A stretch of 32,000 nucleotides of DNA, taken from Candidatus Iainarchaeum sp. (GTDB lineage Archaea > Iainarchaeota > Iainarchaeia > Iainarchaeales > VGJJ01). Positions 10,757 through 20,402 of this stretch are shown here, piece after piece. Both the position numbers and the translations under genes were made by a program. Below the pieces are notes generated by a model. The model saw only the letters and a program-made list of their open reading frames with translations, had not been told where the DNA came from and searched no databases. Numbering within the stretch: the first letter of the stretch is position 1; the number at the start of each line of letters is the position of its first letter. Location: contig JAUYHT010000002.1 in the NCBI GenBank assembly GCA_030688545.1, positions 30,001 to 62,000 of the forward strand, given 5' to 3'.

Positions 10757-11170
10757 ATGATTCCATTGCCCGTGAATTGGGTGGCGGTTATTGTCGCGGC
10801 GATTGCCGCCCAGGTAATCGGCTACCTATGGTATTCTCAAGGAGTTTTCGGGAAAGACTGGATGAAGGAATTAGGAATTTCTCCCAAGGAAATGAAAAAG
10901 GAAATGAAGGGGATGGAAGCCACCATGATCAAGGGCTTCCTGGGTTCCCTCATCATGGCCTACATTCTTGCCCAATTCCTGTTGCATACGCTTGCCGTGT
11001 CCCTCGCGGACGGAATGCTCACAGCCTTCTGGGCCTGGCTGGGATTCATCGCCGTGGTCATGTATGGCGGGGTGCTCTGGGAGAAGAAATCAGAGAAATG
11101 GTTCTGGATGAGCAGCCTCTACTATTTAGTGTCCCTGCTCGTGATGGCCATTATTTTGGTTTCGTTATAA
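10757..11170 (+). CDS. DUF1761-like small membrane protein
   Basis: The N-terminus NWVAVIVAAIAAQVIGYLWYSQGVFGKDWMKELG resembles the DUF1761 consensus as I remember it. There are four predicted TM helices, and an aaaggagg site lies 8 nt upstream of the ATG. Confidence 0.6.
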   Translation: MIPLPVNWVAVIVAAIAAQVIGYLWYSQGVFGKDWMKELGISPKEMKKEMKGMEATMIKGFLGSLIMAYILAQFLLHTLAVSLADGMLTAFWAWLGFIAVVMYGGVLWEKKSEKWFWMSSLYYLVSLLVMAIILVSL

Positions 11171-11228
11171 ATTAAAACGGGGGAGTTGCATTCCCCCGGA
11201 ACTATTTTTTTTCCACTGAAACTATTAA

Positions 11229-11313
11229 TGCGAGGGGGAGGATTCGAACCTCCGAAAGGCACTGAGCCACTAGGCCCTCAACCTAGCCCGGTTGACCACT
11301 GCGGCACCCCCGC
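11229..11313 (-). tRNA. tRNA-Leu (anticodon GAG), class II with a long variable arm, no encoded CCA
   Basis: Reverse complement: GCGGGGG TG CCG CAGTGGTCAAC CGG G CTAGG TTGAGGG CCTAG TGGCTCAGTGCCTTTC GGAGG TTCGAAT CCTCC CCCTCGC A. It has a 7-bp acceptor stem with one G-U pair, anticodon loop UUGAGGG and a T-loop TTCGAAT. Confidence 0.9.
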
Positions 11314-11398
11314 AAACTTTTTGGAAAAAAGTTTGATCAAAAGAAACTTTTTAAGAAAAAGTTTCATCAAAAACCAAACTTCTCCTTTTAGGAAAAGG
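11314..11398. repeat. A/T-only palindrome cluster A (AAACTTTTT-N2/3-AAAAAGTTT twice, TTTGATCAAA, CCTTTT-agg-AAAAGG)
   Basis: Palindromes read directly at 11314-11334 and 11344-11364. About 65 nt of this cluster aligns at roughly 80 percent with 21794-21860. Confidence 0.75.
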
Positions 11399-11483
11399 TT
11401 GGTCAGATTTAAGGATCAAACTCTTCTTCCCTATCCAAAAGGGAATCGAACGGCATTTAAAGAAGGGCCTTGGTTGAGATGGT

Positions 11484-11978
11484 ATGCTTTCCATGTGGCC
11501 TGTAATCCAGAAGCCCTATTTCTGTGGCCCCGCCTGCCTGAAAATGGTACTCCGGCATTATGGGATAAAATCCCCCCGCCAAGGGGAGCTGGCCAAGCTC
11601 TGTCGATCAAAAGCCTACCGGCATGCCAATACGGGAACAGCCGGGAAGAATATTTTGGCTGCCGGAAAATCATTCGGCCTGGATGGGTTTCTCCAGGATA
11701 TGTCCACCTTTGGGGAACTGCGAGGATGGGTGGAAAAAAAGAAGGTCCCCGTGATCGTGAGCTGGTTCGCCTTTGATGAAGGGCACTATTCGGTGGCGGT
11801 GAAAGTGACCACACGCAAGATATATCTGCAGGACCCCGAATTGGGACACATCCGGGTGATGGATAAACCCAAATTCCTCCGCCTCTGGTTCGATTATTCA
11901 GGAGCATTTATCCGAGAGAAAAAAGATGTGCACGTGCGCCGGATGATCGTATTATATCCCAAGAAGAAAAAAAGCTAG
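11484..11978 (+). CDS. Stand-alone papain-like cysteine peptidase, C39-like family
   Basis: QKPYFCGPACLKMVLRHYG (Gln plus nucleophile Cys context), GHYSVAV (His) and LQDPE (Asp), in the order expected for C39-like peptidases. It has no signal peptide and no fused ABC transporter. A TATA-like atttaaag lies about 22 nt upstream, suggesting a leaderless transcript. Confidence 0.65.
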   Translation: MLSMWPVIQKPYFCGPACLKMVLRHYGIKSPRQGELAKLCRSKAYRHANTGTAGKNILAAGKSFGLDGFLQDMSTFGELRGWVEKKKVPVIVSWFAFDEGHYSVAVKVTTRKIYLQDPELGHIRVMDKPKFLRLWFDYSGAFIREKKDVHVRRMIVLYPKKKKS

Positions 11979-12847
11979 TCGGCGGGATGGAAAAAGCCAT
12001 CACTAAAAGAAAATCCTGGCATGGGAGTCATTCGGATTTTCAACCCAAGCTTTTTTAATTGGGTGACGGCCCGTTCCAATTGGAGGAAAAGAGAAAGAGC
12101 ACGATGTCGAGGAATAGCTTCACGGGTCACTTCACGGATATAATCCAGGTCACGCAAGACTTGGTTAAGTAATTTTTTAGCTTCTTTGGGTTCCTTGAAA
12201 TGGGTGTGGCTATTTTTTCCTCCGAGCAATGATTCCAACCGATTACCGATCATAATTGAATAGTATCCCATCAATTTTCCATTGGATGACATCACTCCGA
12301 TGTGCGAAAATTTCAATTTTGTAGCGGGGATTTGGTATTTGTATTTGTTTAACAGATTTAACAAGTCATCCGCAGAAGGAAAGTTGTCCATCTGAAGATC
12401 TTTTTTGGACATCAATTCCATTTTAGAACGTGTATTAGGGGTTTGGGTGGTGTGAGTATGGAATGACGAACGGGTTTTTTTGTCCGGGAAATAAGTCGTG
12501 ACTTTCGATGGCGATCGTTCCAAATCCGCTTGTTTTAAACGACCTGGGGCGTCCTTATAGAAAAAATATTCTTCATTGGCGATTTCCGGCATGGATTCTA
12601 CAACCTTTTTCACGCTGCTTCCCGTGCGATGGGCGGTAATGAAAGGAGGTCTCTTTTTGGCTTGGGCCACCTTTTGGATATAATTAATCTGTTCCGGTGT
12701 CAAGGGGATAGTGCGACAGCCGATAACACCCATACCTGCTAAAGTAATGCCCGCTTTCATGAAATTTCTTCTCCCTATGGAGAAGGGAATGGGTTTTGAT
12801 GAACGGGTCCGGACTATTTTCGCCAACCTATTTTTCCATGAGGGCAT
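11975..12847 (-). CDS. Hypothetical Tat-signal lipoprotein, possibly a divergent JAB/MPN-like metalloprotease
   Basis: Twin-arginine signal GRRNFMKAGITLAGMGVIGC ending in a lipobox-like Cys. FHTHT...FPSADDLLNL resembles the JAMM motif HxH...PSxxD but carries an insert of about 25 residues. Function is speculative. Its 3' end overlaps the convergent C39-like gene by 4 nt. Confidence 0.5.
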   Translation of the reverse strand: MPSWKNRLAKIVRTRSSKPIPFSIGRRNFMKAGITLAGMGVIGCRTIPLTPEQINYIQKVAQAKKRPPFITAHRTGSSVKKVVESMPEIANEEYFFYKDAPGRLKQADLERSPSKVTTYFPDKKTRSSFHTHTTQTPNTRSKMELMSKKDLQMDNFPSADDLLNLLNKYKYQIPATKLKFSHIGVMSSNGKLMGYYSIMIGNRLESLLGGKNSHTHFKEPKEAKKLLNQVLRDLDYIREVTREAIPRHRALSLFLQLERAVTQLKKLGLKIRMTPMPGFSFSDGFFHPAD

Positions 12848-12924
12848 ATAGGAAGCTTAGACCCGATTCGAAAATAAAAATGAATTTGAATCGATTTTTT
12901 TGGAAATAAGTCTTTGCGAAAAGA

Positions 12925-13236
12925 AGGTGAGTCGCCGGCCGTAAGCGGCCTTCTGTTCTGTCCCCATTCGCCTAAGCGTCGTCGCGACTTGCACTCCTCC
13001 GGCGGGAACCCGTTTCAATGCGCGTGCCGGAACGTCCTCTCTTCGATTCATCCTGCCCGGCAGGGCAGACCGTTTCTGTGCTCCCGCGGCCGCTCCCGCA
13101 GCCGGACGGAGATTGACCGAGTGGGCCGACTTTCCTCAGCAGTCGTTCGCAAGAGAGGCTGACAGTCGGTGCCCCATCCTAGGGGCGGGAGGCCGACCTC
13201 TCCTATTGACCACCGTCGGGGGACCACCGGCGACTC
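12925..13236 (-). ncRNA. rnpB: RNase P RNA (archaeal type)
   Basis: The minus strand reads GAGTCGCCGG...CTGAGGAAAGTCGGCC (CR-I GAGGAAAGTC at 13128-13137)...GCACAGAAACGGTCTGCC...GGACAGAACAGAAGGCCGCTTACGGCCGGCGACTC. The 5' GAGTCGCCGG (13236-13227) and 3' CCGGCGACTC (12938-12929) form a perfect 10-bp P1 helix. Length is about 310 nt and the region is GC-rich. ORFs 12857-13051 and 12914-13162 are artefacts. Confidence 0.85.
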
Positions 13237-13258
13237 GTATATAAATGGGGATATTATG

Positions 13259-13266
13259 TTTATAAA
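13259..13266 (-). promoter_or_regulatory. Self-complementary TATA box TTTATAAA, positioned for the RNase P RNA and possibly bidirectional
   Basis: The box is centred about 26-27 nt upstream of the predicted P1 5' end at 13236, which fits archaeal promoter spacing. It reads the same on both strands. A second tatataaa lies at 13238-13245 on the + strand. Confidence 0.5.
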
Positions 13267-13350
13267 GAATAAGGGCCTCTATGTATATTGTTGAGTCCCC
13301 TTGAAAGGGAGCTTTTCGATCTTCAATCGCCGGAGAAAAGGAGGATGATC

Positions 13351-13590
13351 ATGAAAACGTTCATCGCATTGGGATTTGTCACATTGGTAATCGGTATTGT
13401 ATTGGCAGGGGCCGTGTCTGCTCAGGCGACGAATCAATTCCATGTTTCAGGATTTGTCACTCCCGGGGGTACCGTTCAGGGGCCGGCCGCACCGGAACCG
13501 TGTCCTGATAATGCAAATGGTGTTCCAATGGGACCTTGTGTGCCTCGAGGCGCATATGTGGGAACGGTAATCTCTCCCCTGCGATTTTAA
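13351..13590 (+). CDS. Small secreted protein, 79 aa, FHVSGF family, paralog 1
   Basis: aaggagg lies 6 nt before the ATG at 13351. Signal peptide MKTFIALGFVTLVIGIVLAGAVSAQA, then TNQFHVSGF, then a Pro/Gly-rich tail with 2 Cys. Confidence 0.6.
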   Translation: MKTFIALGFVTLVIGIVLAGAVSAQATNQFHVSGFVTPGGTVQGPAAPEPCPDNANGVPMGPCVPRGAYVGTVISPLRF

Positions 13591-13615
13591 TTAATAAAAA
13601 AAGTGAGGTGTAACT

Positions 13616-13855
13616 ATGAATCGAATAATGGCATTAGCAACAGTGGCCCTCTTCCTGGGAGTCATGCTCGCGGGTGTGGCAATCGCCCAACCGACGACGT
13701 CTTTCCATGTATCCGGGTTTGCCAAAACTTCTTATGCGGATAAAAGAGATATTTGTTTTCCCGATGTGGCCGGTTGCCCCTGTTTGGATGGGCCAGGAAC
13801 CTTTTGTAGAAAGCACACATATCCCATTGTCGGAGTGTGCGCGGAAGACCAATAA
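13616..13855 (+). CDS. Small secreted protein, 79 aa, FHVSGF family, paralog 2
   Basis: gtgaggtg lies 6 nt before the ATG. Signal peptide MNRIMALATVALFLGVMLAGVAIAQ, then PTTSFHVSGF, then a tail with 5 Cys (ICFPDVAGCPCLDGPGTFCRKHTYPIVGVC). Confidence 0.6.
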   Translation: MNRIMALATVALFLGVMLAGVAIAQPTTSFHVSGFAKTSYADKRDICFPDVAGCPCLDGPGTFCRKHTYPIVGVCAEDQ

Positions 13856-13903
13856 CCTATCGTTGGGATCTGCGAATAGTATAATCAGCGTATTTACAAA
13901 TGA

Positions 13904-13948
13904 GCCGGTCTCTAGTGGCCGGCTAATATTTTTTTCTATTTTTTTTAT
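13904..13948 (+). terminator. Hairpin plus oligo-T tracts
   Basis: AGCCGG..CCGGCT stem followed by tatttttttctatttttttt, directly after the second small gene. Confidence 0.45.
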
Positions 13949-14095
13949 GGACAATTTTTTCTGAGTGAATATCCCGCCTTACTAGAGATAACCCACCTCA
14001 CGAGAGATAACCCAACTCCCTCGAGAAAATCGTTTTTCAATTGGAAAAAATATAAATTACGGTCTAATTCAAAAGGGCCCATTACCCATGGCTAA

Positions 14096-14386
14096 TCACT
14101 CCATTACTCCCACAAAGGTACGGCAGAACTGTTCCTTCGCATAGTGGAGGGCGGATTTCCCTTCCGGGGTCAGGGTATACTGGATCATCTTGCCATCCCG
14201 TTGTTCCGAAACGAATCCATTTTCTTTCAAGCTTTTCAACGCGGGGTAGATGGTTCCTGGAGAAGGTTTGTCTCCTTTTCGTTTCCCAATTTCCTCGGCC
14301 AACTCCTGCCCGTGCATGGGTCGCTTGCTCAAGAGAAAAAGAATGAGAAAAGAAAGCATCCCCCGCATGTCGCAACATTTTTCCAT
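14096..14386 (-). CDS. PadR family transcriptional regulator
   Basis: MEKCCDMRGMLSFLILFLLSKRPMHGQELAEEIGKRKGDKPSPGTIYPALKSLKENGFV...YTLTPEG is a typical PadR winged helix. The start is moved to the ATG at 14386, internal to the listed ORF. Confidence 0.8.
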   Translation of the reverse strand: MEKCCDMRGMLSFLILFLLSKRPMHGQELAEEIGKRKGDKPSPGTIYPALKSLKENGFVSEQRDGKMIQYTLTPEGKSALHYAKEQFCRTFVGVME

Positions 14387-14412
14387 GGAACGCAATGAAA
14401 ACACCTGTCTAC

Positions 14413-14430
14413 ATATCGGATACCCGATAT
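14413..14430. promoter_or_regulatory. Perfect inverted repeat ATATCGG-atac-CCGATAT abutting a TATA box (tttttata, 14433-14440); candidate PadR operator
   Basis: Read directly in the padR / DUF5320-like divergent intergenic region. The operator-on-TATA layout is typical of archaeal repressors. The binding partner is inferred. Confidence 0.4.
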
Positions 14431-14498
14431 CCTTTTTATAGGCAACAGGTATCATATCGTACAACCAATATGTCCCTTTTGGGATAGGAGGCCAACCT

Positions 14499-14651
14499 AT
14501 GAATTGCTATGGATCCTGCGGCCCCGGTTATTCGCGGGGCTTTCTGACAAGAGAAGAGAAGATCGAGCTGCTTTCTGAATATCAGGCCCAGCTCGAGAAA
14601 GAGGCCCAAGGGGTGAAGGAGAAGATCTCCCAGCTCCAGAACGCCTCATGA
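14499..14651 (+). CDS. DUF5320-like small protein (50 aa; below the ORF-track size cut-off)
   Basis: ataggagg lies 8 nt upstream. My translation: MNCYGSCGPGYSRGFLTREEKIELLSEYQAQLEKEAQGVKEKISQLQNAS. It has a Gly/Cys-rich head plus a C-terminal coiled coil, and the divergent pairing with PadR matches what I recall for DUF5320. The hairpin GGCGGGA..TCCCGCC follows. Confidence 0.5.
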   Translation: MNCYGSCGPGYSRGFLTREEKIELLSEYQAQLEKEAQGVKEKISQLQNAS

Positions 14652-14872
14652 ATGAAATAGGACCCCGGGCGGGAGGATTCATTCCCGCCTTCCCCTCTAT
14701 TGGAGAGCGTCCATGAAAACGATTCCTAATAGCCCGCGAAACCCTTCCTTGCCCACGGAACGCCCTCATGCCCTGGACGAAGACGTTCCTCGGTTGCCGT
14801 GGCACTAAAGGCGTTTTTAGTTTTAGGTATCCTCAAGTCGCCATTCCCTAACTAATGGGGTAATTAAAACGA

Positions 14873-15541
14873 TCAGGATTTTTCGAGCAATTTCATCGTT
14901 TCGGGATTCTTTTTGATGAACTCGTCAACAAATTTAATCAGTTCATCATGGTCGACCGGGATGGCCTTGAAGCGTGATTTTTTGAATAGCATAGGCGTCG
15001 AATCCTCCATTACACTTGGTTTTTTCCATTTTATGAATGTTTGCACACTTTGCACGATTTCCAAGGGAGAGAGGTATGATATTTTTGGATTTGCGCCGGC
15101 CAATTCAAATAACAGCGTGATTAATCGAAAATCTGGGGATTCTGAGTTTTTCCCAAAAATCTCGTTGATTGCATCGAAAGGTTTTGATCCTTGATTAATT
15201 TTCTGATTTATTTGAATCAACTTTGATTTGATATTTTCTTCGTCATAAGTAGGGTCAAATTGGTTATTATGCAAGAAAAAATTGAATGAAATGAATGCAG
15301 TCCGTTTGTTCCCATCATTAAAACAATGTCCTTTAACAAGATGAAAAAGGAGATAGGAAGCGCAGTAAACTACTTTTTCCTGGGGGCTTCTCGGTTCAAT
15401 ACCTGCTAATTCAGGGAAATCCTTAATCTGGTCGATAATAAAGTTAAGATTCTCGGAAGACATGAAGCCATTGGATTGGACATGAATCCGGTCGTGTATA
15501 TCAAGGATATCTTCCCTTGTCAAATAACGAAAAGAAGCCAT
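14873..15541 (-). CDS. Fic/Doc family protein (Doc-like toxin core plus a C-terminal extension of about 110 aa)
   Basis: Fic motif HCFNDGNKRTAF (HxFxDGNKR) and a Doc-like N-terminus YLTREDILDIHDRI. The gene is A/T-rich. TATA tttatatt (15564-15571, minus) lies 22 nt before the ATG, suggesting a leaderless transcript. No upstream Phd-like ORF is present. Confidence 0.85.
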   Translation of the reverse strand: MASFRYLTREDILDIHDRIHVQSNGFMSSENLNFIIDQIKDFPELAGIEPRSPQEKVVYCASYLLFHLVKGHCFNDGNKRTAFISFNFFLHNNQFDPTYDEENIKSKLIQINQKINQGSKPFDAINEIFGKNSESPDFRLITLLFELAGANPKISYLSPLEIVQSVQTFIKWKKPSVMEDSTPMLFKKSRFKAIPVDHDELIKFVDEFIKKNPETMKLLEKS

Positions 15542-15563
15542 AATTCATGACATAATACCTGTC

Positions 15564-15571
15564 AATATAAA
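15564..15571 (-). promoter_or_regulatory. TATA box for the leaderless fic/doc transcript
   Basis: The minus strand reads ctTTATATTgacaggtattatgtcatgaattATG. Confidence 0.45.
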
Positions 15572-15606
15572 GCTAGGGATGGCCCGCCGCCAATTAAAAT
15601 CTGGTA

Positions 15607-15620
15607 ATCAGAAAAAATAT
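15607..15620 (-). terminator. Oligo-T tract immediately after the outer 23S flanking helix
   Basis: The minus strand reads ...gaggtcatcagatattttttctgat. A T6 run follows directly after the helix arm. Archaeal RNAP terminates at oligo-T. Confidence 0.35.
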
Positions 15621-15646
15621 CTGATGACCTCGCCATAGGTTTAGTT
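15620..15646 (-). repeat. Outer 23S flanking inverted repeat, 3' arm (pairs with 18775-18801)
   Basis: The + strand tctgatgacctcgccataggtttagtt matches the reverse complement of 18775-18801 (tccgatgacctcgtcataggtttagtt) at 25 of 27 positions. In RNA that gives one C-A mismatch and one G-U pair. Confidence 0.8.
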
Positions 15647-15649
15647 CGT

Positions 15650-15777
15650 AAGTTTTTGAAAAAACGGTTATTTCAAAAAGTTCTGTGAAAAACTTTTTTC
15701 CAAATCGTTTTTTTGATAAAACTTTTTTCCCAAAAAGGAAATTCGTTTTTTGATAAAACTTTTTCCTAAAAAGTTTT
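15650..15777. repeat. A/T-only palindrome cluster B, lying between the inner and outer 23S flanking helices
   Basis: Contains AAAACTTTTT-cct-AAAAAGTTTT (15755-15777), AAAAAGTT-ctgtg-AAAAACTTTT, and repeated gataaaactttttt units. Confidence 0.75.
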
Positions 15778-15789
15778 GTGTAAGAATTC

Positions 15790-18740
<2,951 letters not shown>

Positions 18741-18774
18741 GAATCTCTTACACTCACTTAAAATTTTGGGAACA

Positions 18775-18801
18775 AACTAAACCTATGACGAGGTCATCGG
18801 A
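18775..18801 (-). repeat. Outer 23S flanking inverted repeat, 5' arm
   Basis: See 15620-15646. Confidence 0.8.
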
Positions 18802-19142
18802 TAAGCGTCAAATGAGGCGCTGGAAGCCCTAATCAAAGGGTTGTTCCACGGGTCCCCTCCCCCTAATTTTTGGGACAGAAACCCGGATCCTCCTCCTGTG
18901 ACCCCCACGCCGGCGAAGGACATCGGGGGCTGCAACGCGCCGCTTCCGATCGGCGGCACCGGGGGACTACAAGAGGGTCTTGCAGACCCTCGGTAGGCCT
19001 TCCAGGCTCCGAGCGAAAAAGGTCATAGAAAAAAGAGAGTTTTGGCAAACCCGCTTTCTGGTCTACAACCCAAATCGGCGGTAAATCCACTATTTTTCCC
19101 GGTCAAAAAACCGGGAACCTAACCACTATCCCGGGGCCAAAA

Positions 19143-19150
19143 ATTATAAA
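19143..19150 (-). promoter_or_regulatory. Candidate TATA box (TTTATAAT on the minus strand) for the 23S transcription unit
   Basis: This is the only good TATA-like element I found upstream of the 23S leader. It would give a leader of about 370 nt. Position only; unverified. Confidence 0.35.
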
Positions 19151-19479
19151 GGGAATGGAAAAATGGGGTGGCTTCAAAATGCTGGGTGTTTTTTATGAGG
19201 GGTAAGATAGCATGAAGCACGTATTATGTAGTATATTATGATCTGATAAAGCGTCGTTAAGATTAGAATAATATGCCCCCGGCGAGCTTAAGCCCCTGAA
19301 CAATGAACCCTACTGAATAACTTTTATAAGTCATTCTTGAATCGGTCCGACTTAATAATTTTGACTGTGTCCTCAAACTAGACCTCTTTCTATAGGGTAT
19401 GTCCCCTTCTATAAATCCAGGTTTTTAATACCTGGACACTATTTATGCGTTCATAACTACCATTTGATAGTGGTGTGAA

Positions 19480-20205
19480 ATGGAACATTCAATGAATTCC
19501 GTCGATATTGATGCCTATAAGGAATACAATAAGTACATGGATTTTCAGAATCGGCGCTTAGATTATGTGAAAGCCATCAAAGAATCGATACGATTAGCAG
19601 CGAAGTATACCCAGAATAAAGAAGGTCTTGTAGTTGCGGATTTTTGTTGCGGAACGGGGAATAATACCAAGTTACTCGCAGAGAAGGTTGGCTCTCTTGC
19701 CAAGGTTTTGCTGGTTGATATTAACAAGGGTTTTTTGGATATTGCCAGGCAATCCGAAATAAAAAGCAATGAACTAAAATTTTATAATGAAGACATTTTG
19801 AACGTGGAGTTTGAAAAGGAATGCGACCTTGTCTTATCCGTATTTGCGTACCATCATGTTAAAGATTCTGAGAAGCACCGATACATTGAGCAGATTAAAA
19901 GCTGCCTAAAAGATGGTGGATTTCTAATTCTCACAGAGATTTTTCTCGAAAACAGACAAAAGTGTATTAATTATTATGAAAAACTATTCTCTGCTATTCC
20001 AGTCCAAGACCGAATTCCAGGGTTGGAAAACTTTTTGATGCAAACCGCTCTGAGCAATGATTTTGAATTTAAGATTGGAAAAAAAGTCGCTGATGCCCAG
20101 TTTAGAAATGCTGGCTTCAAGCTTGTTGAGGAAACCAAAATATGGCCTTTAGATAACGCGATGAAAAAAGATGAAGGAACGTTCGTCCAAGTTTACAAAT
20201 TTTAG
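19480..20205 (+). CDS. Class I SAM-dependent methyltransferase
   Basis: Motif I VVADFCCGTGNNT, acidic post-I LLVDIN, and motif II/III region DLVLSVFAYHHV...LKDGGFLIL. The gene is markedly A/T-rich. Confidence 0.8.
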   Translation: MEHSMNSVDIDAYKEYNKYMDFQNRRLDYVKAIKESIRLAAKYTQNKEGLVVADFCCGTGNNTKLLAEKVGSLAKVLLVDINKGFLDIARQSEIKSNELKFYNEDILNVEFEKECDLVLSVFAYHHVKDSEKHRYIEQIKSCLKDGGFLILTEIFLENRQKCINYYEKLFSAIPVQDRIPGLENFLMQTALSNDFEFKIGKKVADAQFRNAGFKLVEETKIWPLDNAMKKDEGTFVQVYKF

Positions 20206-20402
20206 GTCGTTTTCGGGAGAACCCTTCCTGCTTTAGCAGGCCGATGAATCCCGCCACCGTTTGCTTCGGTTATCCTTTTTTCCGTTCATTTAATCGGACG
20301 CGGGGCACTTCAGTGCCCCCTAGTTCACAAGTCAAGCCATGATTGAAAAATTTGTTTTTTTAAGTGAATAATGATTAAATAGGGTATATCTGTCTAAAAT
20401 TG

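Noticed and set aside
12857-13162. ORFs 12857-13051 (-) and 12914-13162 (+)
   Set aside because: They overlap the RNase P RNA. Being GC-rich, Arg/Gly/Ser-rich and mutually overlapping, they are not credible as coding.
14497-14805. Minus-strand 102-aa ORF, and the small + ORF 14713-14808 (31 aa)
   Set aside because: The first is an Arg/Gly/Pro-rich frame antisense to the DUF5320-like gene. The second lacks an RBS and any recognisable feature.
18850-19020. Possible SRP (7S) RNA because of the GC-rich hairpins and a GGAA loop
   Set aside because: The conserved helix-8 pattern (GGAA tetraloop followed by an AGCA-containing 3' strand, as in ...CCGGAAGGxAGCA...) is absent, and no Alu-domain-like 5' end is evident. 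It is kept only as an unknown leader in the findings.
19095-19140. tRNA-like start GGCCCCGGGATAGTGGTTAGG on the minus strand
   Set aside because: I could not fold a D-arm, a 7-nt anticodon loop or a T-arm. It lies only about 5 nt from the candidate TATA box and is more likely the start of the leader.
20215-20325. GC-rich islet between the methyltransferase and hydrolase genes, with hairpins (GGGGCAC-ttca-GTGCCCC) and a ...GATGAATCCCGCCACC string reminiscent of a tRNA 3' end or att site
   Set aside because: The T-arm cannot be completed, and no matching direct repeat was found elsewhere in the window. It is probably just a terminator or structured spacer.
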